Positions 18,738-26,603 of a stretch of 64,000 nt of DNA are shown here, in pieces. Location: positions 35,315 to 99,314 of the forward strand of contig JAEEJN010000089.1 in NCBI GenBank assembly GCA_016281935.1, given 5' to 3'. The notes under the pieces are model-generated. The model was given only the letters and a program-made list of their open reading frames with translations. It did no database searches and had not been told where the DNA came from. Each line of letters begins with the position of its first letter. Positions within the stretch are counted from its first letter, which is position 1. This DNA is from Bacillota bacterium (GTDB taxonomy: Bacteria; Bacillota; Clostridia; Christensenellales; UMGS416). The position numbers and the translations under genes were made by a program.

Positions 18738-19709
18738 TTATTTTTCCTGGGGATAGACGAGTCCCCACTGTGCACGGATCTGATCGAGGCGCTCCATGAG
18801 CGCGATGGATTCCGACTGAGGCATCGACAGTGATTCTCTATCTCCAGCCGTGATGCGGTCCATGGCCTCGATGAATTCATACTCATATCCTGAGATCTGT
18901 TCCGGGATCGGGATCTCACGGATCAGTCTGTCTGAACCATCAAAAACCCGGATGGCATTCGGATTGTTGATATTCTCTACGACGATATATCCTTTTTCTC
19001 CGTGGAAGATCCCTTTGCGGTCGCCGCGGGCATACATACCGTGTGTGAGGACAGCCATGCGTCCGTCCGGATAATGGAGCGTGATGGATTCCTGTGCATC
19101 GACGCCTGTCGAAGTCATCTGGACAGAGGATTCGATTCTGCTGATCCCGTTGCCGAAGTGCATCATGGCAAAGTTGATGCCATAAACGCCTACGTCAAGA
19201 AGCGTGCCCCCGGCAAGAAACGGATCCGTCAGACGCGGTTTTGTGTCCATATCATAGGAGAGATTGGCCGTCAGCATATGAACGGGACCGATGATGCCTG
19301 AATCCAGAGTTTCCTGGATAAGCCAACGGGAAGGCATATAGCGCGTCCACATGGCTTCTGCTGCATAGACGCCCGTTTCTTTTGAGAATTCGGAAATCTC
19401 TTTTGCCTGTGAGGCATTCATCGTGAACGCTTTTTCGCAGAGGACCGCTTTTCCGTGCTCCATGCACAGTTTCATGTGTTCGGCATGCAGAGAATGAGGT
19501 GTTGCGACATAGACGAGTTCGATTTCGGGGTCGGACAGCATTTCTTCATAGCTGCCGTATGCTTTCCGGAACCCGTGTTTATGGGCAAAAGCCTGTGCAC
19601 GGGAAAGATCGCGTGCGGCCACAGCCCAGCATTCGGCGCCGGGCGTCCTGACGATTGTCGGGGCGACCGCATCGGCTATGAGTCCCAATCCAAGTATCGC
19701 GATTTTCAT
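18738..19709 (-). CDS. Gfo/Idh/MocA-family oxidoreductase
   Basis: GLGLIA, YVATPH..H, VLCEKAF, EAMWTR, GG.LLD.GVY. Confidence 0.88.
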   Translation of the reverse strand: MKIAILGLGLIADAVAPTIVRTPGAECWAVAARDLSRAQAFAHKHGFRKAYGSYEEMLSDPEIELVYVATPHSLHAEHMKLCMEHGKAVLCEKAFTMNASQAKEISEFSKETGVYAAEAMWTRYMPSRWLIQETLDSGIIGPVHMLTANLSYDMDTKPRLTDPFLAGGTLLDVGVYGINFAMMHFGNGISRIESSVQMTSTGVDAQESITLHYPDGRMAVLTHGMYARGDRKGIFHGEKGYIVVENINNPNAIRVFDGSDRLIREIPIPEQISGYEYEFIEAMDRITAGDRESLSMPQSESIALMERLDQIRAQWGLVYPQEK

Positions 19710-19772
19710 GATCCGTCCTCCTTATGAATGATTATGGCACGTTGTGTTTCTCCTACCGGTGAGCACTTGTTA

Positions 19773-20849
19773 TCAGACCGACTTGGCGGCTTTTTCTATT
19801 TCTCTTTTTAGGCGCATGAGCCCTTGCCGCTGATCTTCGGGACATTGCGCGGCTCGGATCACGTCCCTTTTCTCCCATACGTCCAGCAGAGAGCGGCACA
19901 GTGTGTCCTGTGTCATCTCTTCCTGAGCCAGGATCTCCGCATAACCGAGTGAGCGGAACAGTTCCGCGTTCTTGATCTGATCACCGCGGCTCGCAGCGAG
20001 GGGCAGCGGGATCAGGAGCATGGGAAGACCAAGCGCACAGAATTCCCAGATCGCATTCGCGCCTGCTCTTGAAAGCACAAGATCCGCTGCGGCGAGGGCA
20101 TCCGGCAGCTCATCGTGCAGATAGGTGAACTGGGCATATCCTTCCGTATGGGACAGATCCGGATTCAGTCCTCCGGCGCCGCGGATATGGAGGATTCGGA
20201 AAGACTTCAGAAGTTCGGGGAGAGATTCGTCCACAGCCTCGTTAATCGCACGGGCGCCAAGACTTCCTCCCATGATCAGGAGCACTGGTTTTCCTGTATC
20301 GGAGAATCCGCACAGCTGCAGACCTTTTTGGCGGGAGCCGGAAAATAGGCTCTCACGGATGGGAGAACCCGTCCAGACACCTTTCTTTCCGAACCCTTCG
20401 GCGGCTGCAGGAAAAGTGGCACAGGCAGTTGTCGCCATGGGAAGAGTCAGACGATTGGCCAGTCCGGGGGTCAGATCGCTTTCATGAGTGACGACAGGGA
20501 CACGGTGAATCCATGCGCCGAAGACCGCAGGAACGCTGACAAAACCGCCTTTGGCGAACAGGACACGGGGGCGGAGCTTTGCGATGATGCGGGCGGCCTG
20601 AAAGGCACCGTGGATCACGTGGAAGGGATCCGAGAGATTCTTCAGATCTCTGTAACGGCGAAGCTTTCCTGAATCGATCGCATGATAGGTTACGCCTTCT
20701 GCTCTTGAGATCAGATCGCGTTCCATACCGTCATAGGATCCGATATAGTGTACGTCCCAGCCTTCCTTCTGAAAAAGCGGGATCAGCGCGAGATTCGGGG
20801 TCACGTGTCCGGCTGTGCCGCCGCCGGTCAGAACGAGAGTTTTCGCCAT
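19773..20849 (-). CDS. murG: Undecaprenyldiphospho-muramoylpentapeptide beta-N-acetylglucosaminyltransferase
   Basis: TGGGTAGHVTP, KGGFVS.P, HESD..PGLAN, GGSLGA, SRAGA, SRGDQ..NA. Confidence 0.95.
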   Translation of the reverse strand: MAKTLVLTGGGTAGHVTPNLALIPLFQKEGWDVHYIGSYDGMERDLISRAEGVTYHAIDSGKLRRYRDLKNLSDPFHVIHGAFQAARIIAKLRPRVLFAKGGFVSVPAVFGAWIHRVPVVTHESDLTPGLANRLTLPMATTACATFPAAAEGFGKKGVWTGSPIRESLFSGSRQKGLQLCGFSDTGKPVLLIMGGSLGARAINEAVDESLPELLKSFRILHIRGAGGLNPDLSHTEGYAQFTYLHDELPDALAAADLVLSRAGANAIWEFCALGLPMLLIPLPLAASRGDQIKNAELFRSLGYAEILAQEEMTQDTLCRSLLDVWEKRDVIRAAQCPEDQRQGLMRLKREIEKAAKSV

Positions 20850-21056
20850 ATGCAGGCCTCCGGAAATACAGATCTATATCACATAAAGTATAGCTTACTC
20901 CACGGTCTCTGTCACGATGTTTTAGTTGCAAAAAAGAAATGTGCACAAAAAAACGGCCGATATGAGTCCGTCTCAGGAGAAAAAAAGCGCATTGCTTGCG
21001 GTCGGGAGAACGTGAGGATATAATACGTTTTGATTCTGTTACTGGAGGGTGGAACC

Positions 21057-22097
21057 ATGTCGTTCATCCGAAAAATATATCAGCGTTATCTGATCGATGC
21101 GATGGGAGCCATGGCATACGGCCTGTTTGCATCTTTAATCATCGGACTCATATTGAGTCAGCTGGGCAAGATCCCTCATCTTGGATTCCTTGCTGAATTT
21201 GCATCGGTGCTCGGAGCTTCTTCTCCTGTCATCGGCGCAGCCATCGGTGTCGCGATCGCATTCGGGCTCAAAGCCGATCCGCTGGTTATCTATTCCAGCG
21301 CTGCTACGGGAGCCCTCGGATATCTGGCGACTTCCAGTGCCGGCGGTGCCACCGCCGGACCGGTAGGCGCGTATCTTGCCGCCGTGATCGGCGCGGAGAT
21401 CGCCCGTCTCGTCAGCAAGAAGACCCCTGTGGATATCGTTCTTACGCCTATGGTCACGATCATTGCCGGAGGACTCACAGCCAAATTCCTGGCTCCCTCC
21501 ATCGGCGACTTCATGACAGCCCTCGGCGGTGTCATCAACAGAGCGACGGAACTGGCTCCGATCCCCATGGGCATAGCCGTGGCGGTCCTCGTCGGCATGG
21601 CACTGACTGCACCGATCTCCTCGGCCGCTCTGTGTATCATGCTTGGACTGAACGGCGTGGCGGCCGGTGCTGCGACTGTAGGATGCTGTGCGCAGATGGT
21701 AGGTTTCGCTGTTGCTTCCTACAGAGACAACGGTTTCGGCGGTCTGCTTTCTCAGGGACTCGGAACTTCCATGCTTCAGGTGCCCAACATCCTGCGACGT
21801 CCCCAGATCTGGATCGCGCCGACGCTTGCCGGTGCTATCCTCGGACCGATCGCTGCGGCGGTTTTCCATATGACCAATACACCTGCCGGGGCGGGTATGG
21901 GTACTTCCGGCCTTGTCGGTCAGTTCGGCACGTGGGCATCCATGGTCACGGAAGGCGGTGCCAATCCCATTTATGTGCTGATCCTGATCCTTGGCCTCCA
22001 GGTGATCGCGCCTGCTCTGCTGACTTTTGCTTTCGACTGGGCCCTGTACCGTGTAGGATGGATCAAGAAGGGCGATATGAAACTGTCGCGAGAGTAA
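21057..22097 (+). CDS. PTS EIIC-like membrane protein (EIIC_2/PfoR family)
   Basis: AMAYGLFASL.IG.I, PISSAA, GLGTSMLQ.PNI, GMGTSGLVG; highly hydrophobic. Start at 21057 after GGAGG. Confidence 0.78.
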   Translation: MSFIRKIYQRYLIDAMGAMAYGLFASLIIGLILSQLGKIPHLGFLAEFASVLGASSPVIGAAIGVAIAFGLKADPLVIYSSAATGALGYLATSSAGGATAGPVGAYLAAVIGAEIARLVSKKTPVDIVLTPMVTIIAGGLTAKFLAPSIGDFMTALGGVINRATELAPIPMGIAVAVLVGMALTAPISSAALCIMLGLNGVAAGAATVGCCAQMVGFAVASYRDNGFGGLLSQGLGTSMLQVPNILRRPQIWIAPTLAGAILGPIAAAVFHMTNTPAGAGMGTSGLVGQFGTWASMVTEGGANPIYVLILILGLQVIAPALLTFAFDWALYRVGWIKKGDMKLSRE

Positions 22098-22135
22098 ATT
22101 TTTCAGGTTAGTGCAATAAAGTTTTTGCAGGATGA

Positions 22136-22164
22136 TTGACATCATCCTGCACTATGTGTACAAT
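22136..22164 (+). promoter_or_regulatory. Sigma-A promoter of gdhA
   Basis: TTGACA-17 nt-TACAAT with an extended TG; the -35 box sits inside a perfect inverted repeat. Confidence 0.7.
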
Positions 22165-22246
22165 GGAAAGGTAATTTTTCCGAGGTTTCTAGGATTTCGG
22201 AAAGCAAAGTTTTATAAAGCTGCAACTCTGGAAGGAGGAAGTGTCA

Positions 22247-23599
22247 ATGCAAGCCTATACACAGCGTGTGCTGGATGAGGTCCGCAAAAGAGACGCGGAT
22301 CAGAAGGAATTTCTTCAGACTGTCGAAGAAGTCCTGAAGTCCCTGGACGTAGTGATCGCCCAGAATCCCCAGTATGAGAAGTTGGGTCTCCTGGAGCGCA
22401 TGGTCGAACCCGAGCGCATCATCACTTTCCGTGTGACCTGGCAGGATGATGCCGGCAAAGTCCATGTGAACCGTGCTTTCCGCGTGCAGTTCAACTCCGC
22501 GATCGGTCCCTATAAGGGCGGACTGCGCTTCCATCCCACAGTCAATCTGAGCATCATGAAGTTCCTCGGATTTGAACAGACTTTCAAGAACAGCCTGACG
22601 ACTCTGCCTATCGGCGGCGGCAAGGGCGGTTCCGATTTCGATCCCGCCGGAAAGAGCGATGCGGAAGTCATGCGTTTCTGCCAGGCTTTCATGACCGAGC
22701 TCTATCGTCATATCGGACCCGATACCGACGTTCCTGCCGGTGACATCGGTGTTGGCGCCAGAGAGATCGGATATCTCTTCGGCCAGTACAAGCGGATCCG
22801 CGGCGCGTACGAAAACGGCGTCCTGACCGGGAAAGGCCTGTCCTACGGCGGCAGCCTGATCCGTCCGGAAGCTACCGGCTACGGTGCCATTTACTATACC
22901 GAGGAGATGTTCAAGCACGAAGGCGACAAGCTCGAGGGCAAGACATTCGCTCTGTCCGGTTACGGAAACGTAGCCTGGGGCGCGACGAAGAAACTGATGG
23001 AGCTTGGCGGCAAGGTCGTGACGCTCTCCGGCTCCGACGGTTATGTCCATATCCCCGGAGGCATTCTGACGGATGAGCAGGTTTCTTATCTCCTGACCAT
23101 GCGTGCGTCCGGCAAGCGCGGCGTCAAGTCTTTCGCGGAGAAATTCCCGGAGATCGCCACTTTCTATCCCGGCGAGAAACCCTGGAAAGTCAAAGCGGAT
23201 GTCGTGATGCCCTGCGCAACCCAGAACGAAGTCGGTCTGGAAGAAGCCAAGCAGATCGTGGCGAATGGTACCCGCTATTATGTGGAAGTCTCCAACATGC
23301 CCACGACGAACGAAGCTCTTGCTTATCTGCAGGAACAGGGCGTCGTAGTGGCGCCTTCCAAAGCGGCCAACGCCGGCGGCGTTGCTACATCCGCTCTGGA
23401 GATGAGCCAGAACTCCCAGCGTCTCGGCTGGAGCGCCCAGGAAGTCGACGCGCGTCTGAAGACTATCATGCAGTCGATCCACAATGCGTCTGCTGCTGCT
23501 GCGGAGAAATACGGACTGGGATACAACCTGGTTGCCGGCGCCAACATCGCGGGCTTCGAGAAAGTTGCTGAGGCGATGATCGCTCAGGGACTCGTGTGA
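22247..23599 (+). CDS. gdhA: NADP-specific glutamate dehydrogenase
   Basis: GPYKGGLRFH, GGGKGGSDFDP, DVPAGDIGVG, RPEATGYG, GYGNVA, KAANAGGV. ATG 22247 follows AGGAGG. Confidence 0.95.
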   Translation: MQAYTQRVLDEVRKRDADQKEFLQTVEEVLKSLDVVIAQNPQYEKLGLLERMVEPERIITFRVTWQDDAGKVHVNRAFRVQFNSAIGPYKGGLRFHPTVNLSIMKFLGFEQTFKNSLTTLPIGGGKGGSDFDPAGKSDAEVMRFCQAFMTELYRHIGPDTDVPAGDIGVGAREIGYLFGQYKRIRGAYENGVLTGKGLSYGGSLIRPEATGYGAIYYTEEMFKHEGDKLEGKTFALSGYGNVAWGATKKLMELGGKVVTLSGSDGYVHIPGGILTDEQVSYLLTMRASGKRGVKSFAEKFPEIATFYPGEKPWKVKADVVMPCATQNEVGLEEAKQIVANGTRYYVEVSNMPTTNEALAYLQEQGVVVAPSKAANAGGVATSALEMSQNSQRLGWSAQEVDARLKTIMQSIHNASAAAAEKYGLGYNLVAGANIAGFEKVAEAMIAQGLV

Positions 23600-23637
23600 T
23601 TATTCGGTTATCACAGGTCGTTTCACTGTAATCAAGC

Positions 23638-23666
23638 AAGGCCCCGCTGCGGCGGGGCTTTTTCTT
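23638..23666 (+). terminator. Intrinsic terminator after gdhA
   Basis: GCCCCGC-tgcg-GCGGGGC-TTTTTCTT. Confidence 0.8.
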
Positions 23667-23802
23667 CTGCTTCAGGTCCGGATTCCGACGTTCATGGGAC
23701 AGCAGAGAAGTGTATATTGGATAAATGGTGAGACAGATGTCCAAAAGATCCCGCCATAATTGGAAAATCCTGAAATTCACGAATGGCTGAGAACCGCTGA
23801 GA

Positions 23803-23831
23803 TTGACAAGACTTCCGAATCTATATATAAT
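23803..23831 (+). promoter_or_regulatory. Consensus sigma-A promoter of the rpmH operon
   Basis: TTGACA-17 nt-TATAAT. Confidence 0.85.
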
Positions 23832-23929
23832 AAGCAGTACACTGCCTAATAGCGGGCTCACGTGTTAGGAGCCCCTCCGCCAGACAGGGGCGGTGACTGG
23901 CCTGTCAACAATCGAAAGGAGAAAATCTT

Positions 23930-24064
23930 ATGAATCAGACCTATCATCCCAAAAAACGTCAGCGCTCCATGGTGCATGGTTTCCGTGCCCGCATGTCCAC
24001 CAAGAACGGCCGTAAGGTTCTTGCTCGCCGCCGTGCCAAGGGCCGCAAGGTGCTGTCCGCCTAA
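23930..24064 (+). CDS. rpmH: 50S ribosomal protein L34
   Basis: Below the ORF-track cutoff. Manual translation [44 protein letters not shown]; RBS GAAAGGAG; lies upstream of rnpA. Confidence 0.97.
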   Translation: MNQTYHPKKRQRSMVHGFRARMSTKNGRKVLARRRAKGRKVLSA

Positions 24065-24066
24065 CG

Positions 24067-24426
24067 ATGCTGCCACGCCGTAACCGTCTTCGTCTGAACC
24101 GTGATTTTCACCGGATCTATGCCAGAGGCAGACGGGCATCCTCGGCGACACTGACTCTGATCTGCATGCGGACAGGGAGACCGGGAGAGATGCTTGTGGG
24201 GTTTTCCGTAAGCAAGAAAGTCGGAAACGCTGTTATCCGCAATCGGACGAAGAGGGTGCTTCGGGAAGCTTTCCGGAGCCTGCAGCCCCGGCTGAAAACG
24301 GGGTATCGCCTGATTTTTGTCGTTCGTCCTTCCATAGTGAAGGATGGTGAAGTCGATTTTCAGACGGTATGCAGGACAATGGAACAGCTGTTTGCCCGAT
24401 CGAACATGTGGGAAGAGAGATCCTGA
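24067..24426 (+). CDS. rnpA: Ribonuclease P protein component
   Basis: [20 protein letters not shown] (RNR motif). Confidence 0.95.
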   Translation: MLPRRNRLRLNRDFHRIYARGRRASSATLTLICMRTGRPGEMLVGFSVSKKVGNAVIRNRTKRVLREAFRSLQPRLKTGYRLIFVVRPSIVKDGEVDFQTVCRTMEQLFARSNMWEERS

Positions 24427-24452
24427 ACGGGCTCCGCTTCGAGGTTTATACC

Positions 24453-24719
24453 GTGGGTTCTGTAGTACAAAAGGTTTTTCTTGCGTTGATCCGCTTTTAC
24501 AAAAGGCAGATCTCACCGCTTCTGCCTCCAAGCTGCCGTTATGTGCCCACGTGCTCTGAATATGCCTATGAGGCGATCTCCCGATTCGGTGCAGGATACG
24601 GGACATGGCTTGCGGTAAAGCGGCTGCTGCGCTGCAATCCTTTCTTTCCGGGAGGATATGACCCGGTGCCTGAAAAAAAGACCCCGTGCAGCCACAAAAG
24701 TGGCAGCAGCAAGGAGTAA
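24453..24719 (+). CDS. yidD: Membrane protein insertion efficiency factor
   Basis: Y...ISP....CRY.PTCS.YA.EA...G.......RL.RCNP...GG.DPVP. GTG start estimated. Confidence 0.9.
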   Translation: MGSVVQKVFLALIRFYKRQISPLLPPSCRYVPTCSEYAYEAISRFGAGYGTWLAVKRLLRCNPFFPGGYDPVPEKKTPCSHKSGSSKE

Positions 24720-24724
24720 GACGA

Positions 24725-25621
24725 ATGTCGACACTGACACACTGGTTTACAATGGCTCTGGAATGGCTGAATGGTTTTCTCGGAAACTACGGCTGGTCCA
24801 TCATTGTATTTACCATCCTTTTCCGTTTGGTGCTGACTCCGCTGGATTATTACCAGCGCAAGACCATGAGGACCCAGCAGGCCAACATGGCAAAGATCAA
24901 CCCCAAACTGGAAGCGCTGAAAAAGAAATACGGCAATGATCCTCAGAAGATGAATGCCAAGCAGATGGAGCTGTACAAGAAGGAAGGCATAAGTCCTTTC
25001 GCCGGCTGTCTGCCCATGCTCTTCATCCTGATCATCCAGTTTCCGATCTTCATTGCGTTCTTCAACGTGATCCGTAATCTGACAGGCGAACAGATCTATG
25101 CCTTCTATGAAACTGCCAAGAACGGCGGAGAAATCGTGCCCTACGGTTTCCTGTGGGTAAGGAACCTCTGGCAGCCGGACACCTTTATGGCGACGGTCAT
25201 GCCTTTGGAGAATGAAATCGGTAAATATGCAGCCATGTCCGGTGTGACGGATTACGGTACGGTCATGGCATCCTGGATCGAGCAGTTTTCAGCGCTCAGA
25301 AACGGCTGGGGCTTCCTGCCTCTGGCCGCTGCCGGGTTCAGCTATCTTCAGACTCAGCTGAGCCAGCAGGAGACCGCCAAGACTCAGGGAGCCGCGGCGG
25401 AGCAGAACGGCATGAATTCCAAGATCATGACATGGATGATGCCGATCATGTTTCTGTTTTTTACCTGGACTTCCAGCGCAGCGTTCGCGCTGTACTGGTG
25501 TGTAAGTTCCGCCATGGCCGTGCTGAGCCAGCTCGTCATTTCCTGGATTTTCAAGATGCAGGATGAGAAGAACAAACCGGCACTGCCTGAAGGAGAAGAG
25601 GAATCATCTCAAAATGAATAA
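24725..25621 (+). CDS. yidC: Membrane protein insertase YidC/Oxa1
   Basis: GWSII.FT...R..L.PL, ELYKKEGISPFAGCLP, FLW..NL.QPD, ALYW. Confidence 0.92.
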   Translation: MSTLTHWFTMALEWLNGFLGNYGWSIIVFTILFRLVLTPLDYYQRKTMRTQQANMAKINPKLEALKKKYGNDPQKMNAKQMELYKKEGISPFAGCLPMLFILIIQFPIFIAFFNVIRNLTGEQIYAFYETAKNGGEIVPYGFLWVRNLWQPDTFMATVMPLENEIGKYAAMSGVTDYGTVMASWIEQFSALRNGWGFLPLAAAGFSYLQTQLSQQETAKTQGAAAEQNGMNSKIMTWMMPIMFLFFTWTSSAAFALYWCVSSAMAVLSQLVISWIFKMQDEKNKPALPEGEEESSQNE

Positions 25622-26414
25622 AGAATACATCGGCCGTACTGTGGATGAGGCTATACAGGAAGGCCTGACCGAACTGCATCTCAACAGAGAAGATGTGGAT
25701 GTGCTCGTGCTCGATGAGGGCAGCCGCGGAGTCCTGGGCCTGTTCGGTGCTAAGATGGCACGGGTTATGCTCGTGATCCCTGATTCCATGGAATCGTTTA
25801 CGATTGAGAATTGGGAAGAAGAAGAGAAACAAGAAGCAGAGGAAGAACAGCCCGCAGTCGTCTTCAAGACTCTGGATCAGGCTTTGGCTGAACAGGAAGA
25901 ATCCAACAAGGATGATTTTGTTCCGCTTACGGAGGAGGAACTGAGTGAAAGCGCCGCAAGAGTCACGTCTTTCCTGACGACCGTTGCCGGCTACATGGGC
26001 GTAGAAGACCCCGGTGTTGCTATTGCACGTGGTGAACGCGGACTTCGCATCCGCATGGAAGGTGACAAGATCGGTGTGATGATCGGTCATCGCGGCGAGA
26101 CTCTGGATGCTCTGCAGCTCCTTGCCGGTCTCGTAGCGAACCAGAACCGTGGAGACAGCGACGGTGACGATGGCTATCAGCGTATTTCTCTGGATATCGG
26201 TTCTTATCGCCGCAAAAGAGAACAGACTCTTATTAATCTTGCCCATCGGCTTGCTCAGAAGGCAGTCCGTTCCCGCAGGAATGTATCTCTTGAACCGATG
26301 AATTCTTATGAGCGCAGGATTATCCATTCCACGCTTGCATCTGTTCGAGGCGTAGATACGCATTCAGAAGGCGAAGATCCTTACCGTCACGTAGTCATCC
26401 AGCCGAAAAAGTAA
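25614..26414 (+). CDS. jag: RNA-binding protein Jag/KhpB/EloR (Jag_N, KH, R3H)
   Basis: G.TVDEAI..G, IG.RGETLDALQ (KH), PMN.YERRIIH (R3H). Confidence 0.93.
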   Translation: MNKEYIGRTVDEAIQEGLTELHLNREDVDVLVLDEGSRGVLGLFGAKMARVMLVIPDSMESFTIENWEEEEKQEAEEEQPAVVFKTLDQALAEQEESNKDDFVPLTEEELSESAARVTSFLTTVAGYMGVEDPGVAIARGERGLRIRMEGDKIGVMIGHRGETLDALQLLAGLVANQNRGDSDGDDGYQRISLDIGSYRRKREQTLINLAHRLAQKAVRSRRNVSLEPMNSYERRIIHSTLASVRGVDTHSEGEDPYRHVVIQPKK

Positions 26415-26431
26415 TCAGGTATAAGGTTGAG

Positions 26432-26477
26432 AACTGTGGATACTGAGAAGTGATTCTCCGGATATCCACAGTTTTTT
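26432..26477 (+). terminator. Intrinsic terminator after jag
   Basis: AACTGTGGATA...TATCCACAGTT followed by TTTT. Confidence 0.7.
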
Positions 26478-26540
26478 GTTATCAGAATCATAAACCAAGT
26501 GCGTTTCTGAACCGGTCAAATCCCGTGCATGGAAACAGAA

Positions 26541-26569
26541 CGGCGGTACGGCTCAAAGCCGTACCGCCG
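26541..26569. terminator. GC-rich hairpin downstream of the zinc-ribbon gene (near copy at 39182-39211)
   Basis: CGGCGGTACGGC-tcaaa-GCCGTACCGCCG. Confidence 0.6.
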
Positions 26570-26603
26570 GGAGTTTGATTGATGATAACAGGATCAACGA
26601 AAC

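Noticed and set aside
23670-23800. Possible oriC or dnaA promoter upstream of rpmH
   Set aside because: Only weak (7/9 or worse) DnaA-box matches and no divergent ORF.
26435-26470. Two 8/9 DnaA-box-like sequences after jag, a possible oriC
   Set aside because: They are the two arms of one terminator hairpin and so not independent; there is no box cluster, AT-rich unwinding element or dnaA nearby.
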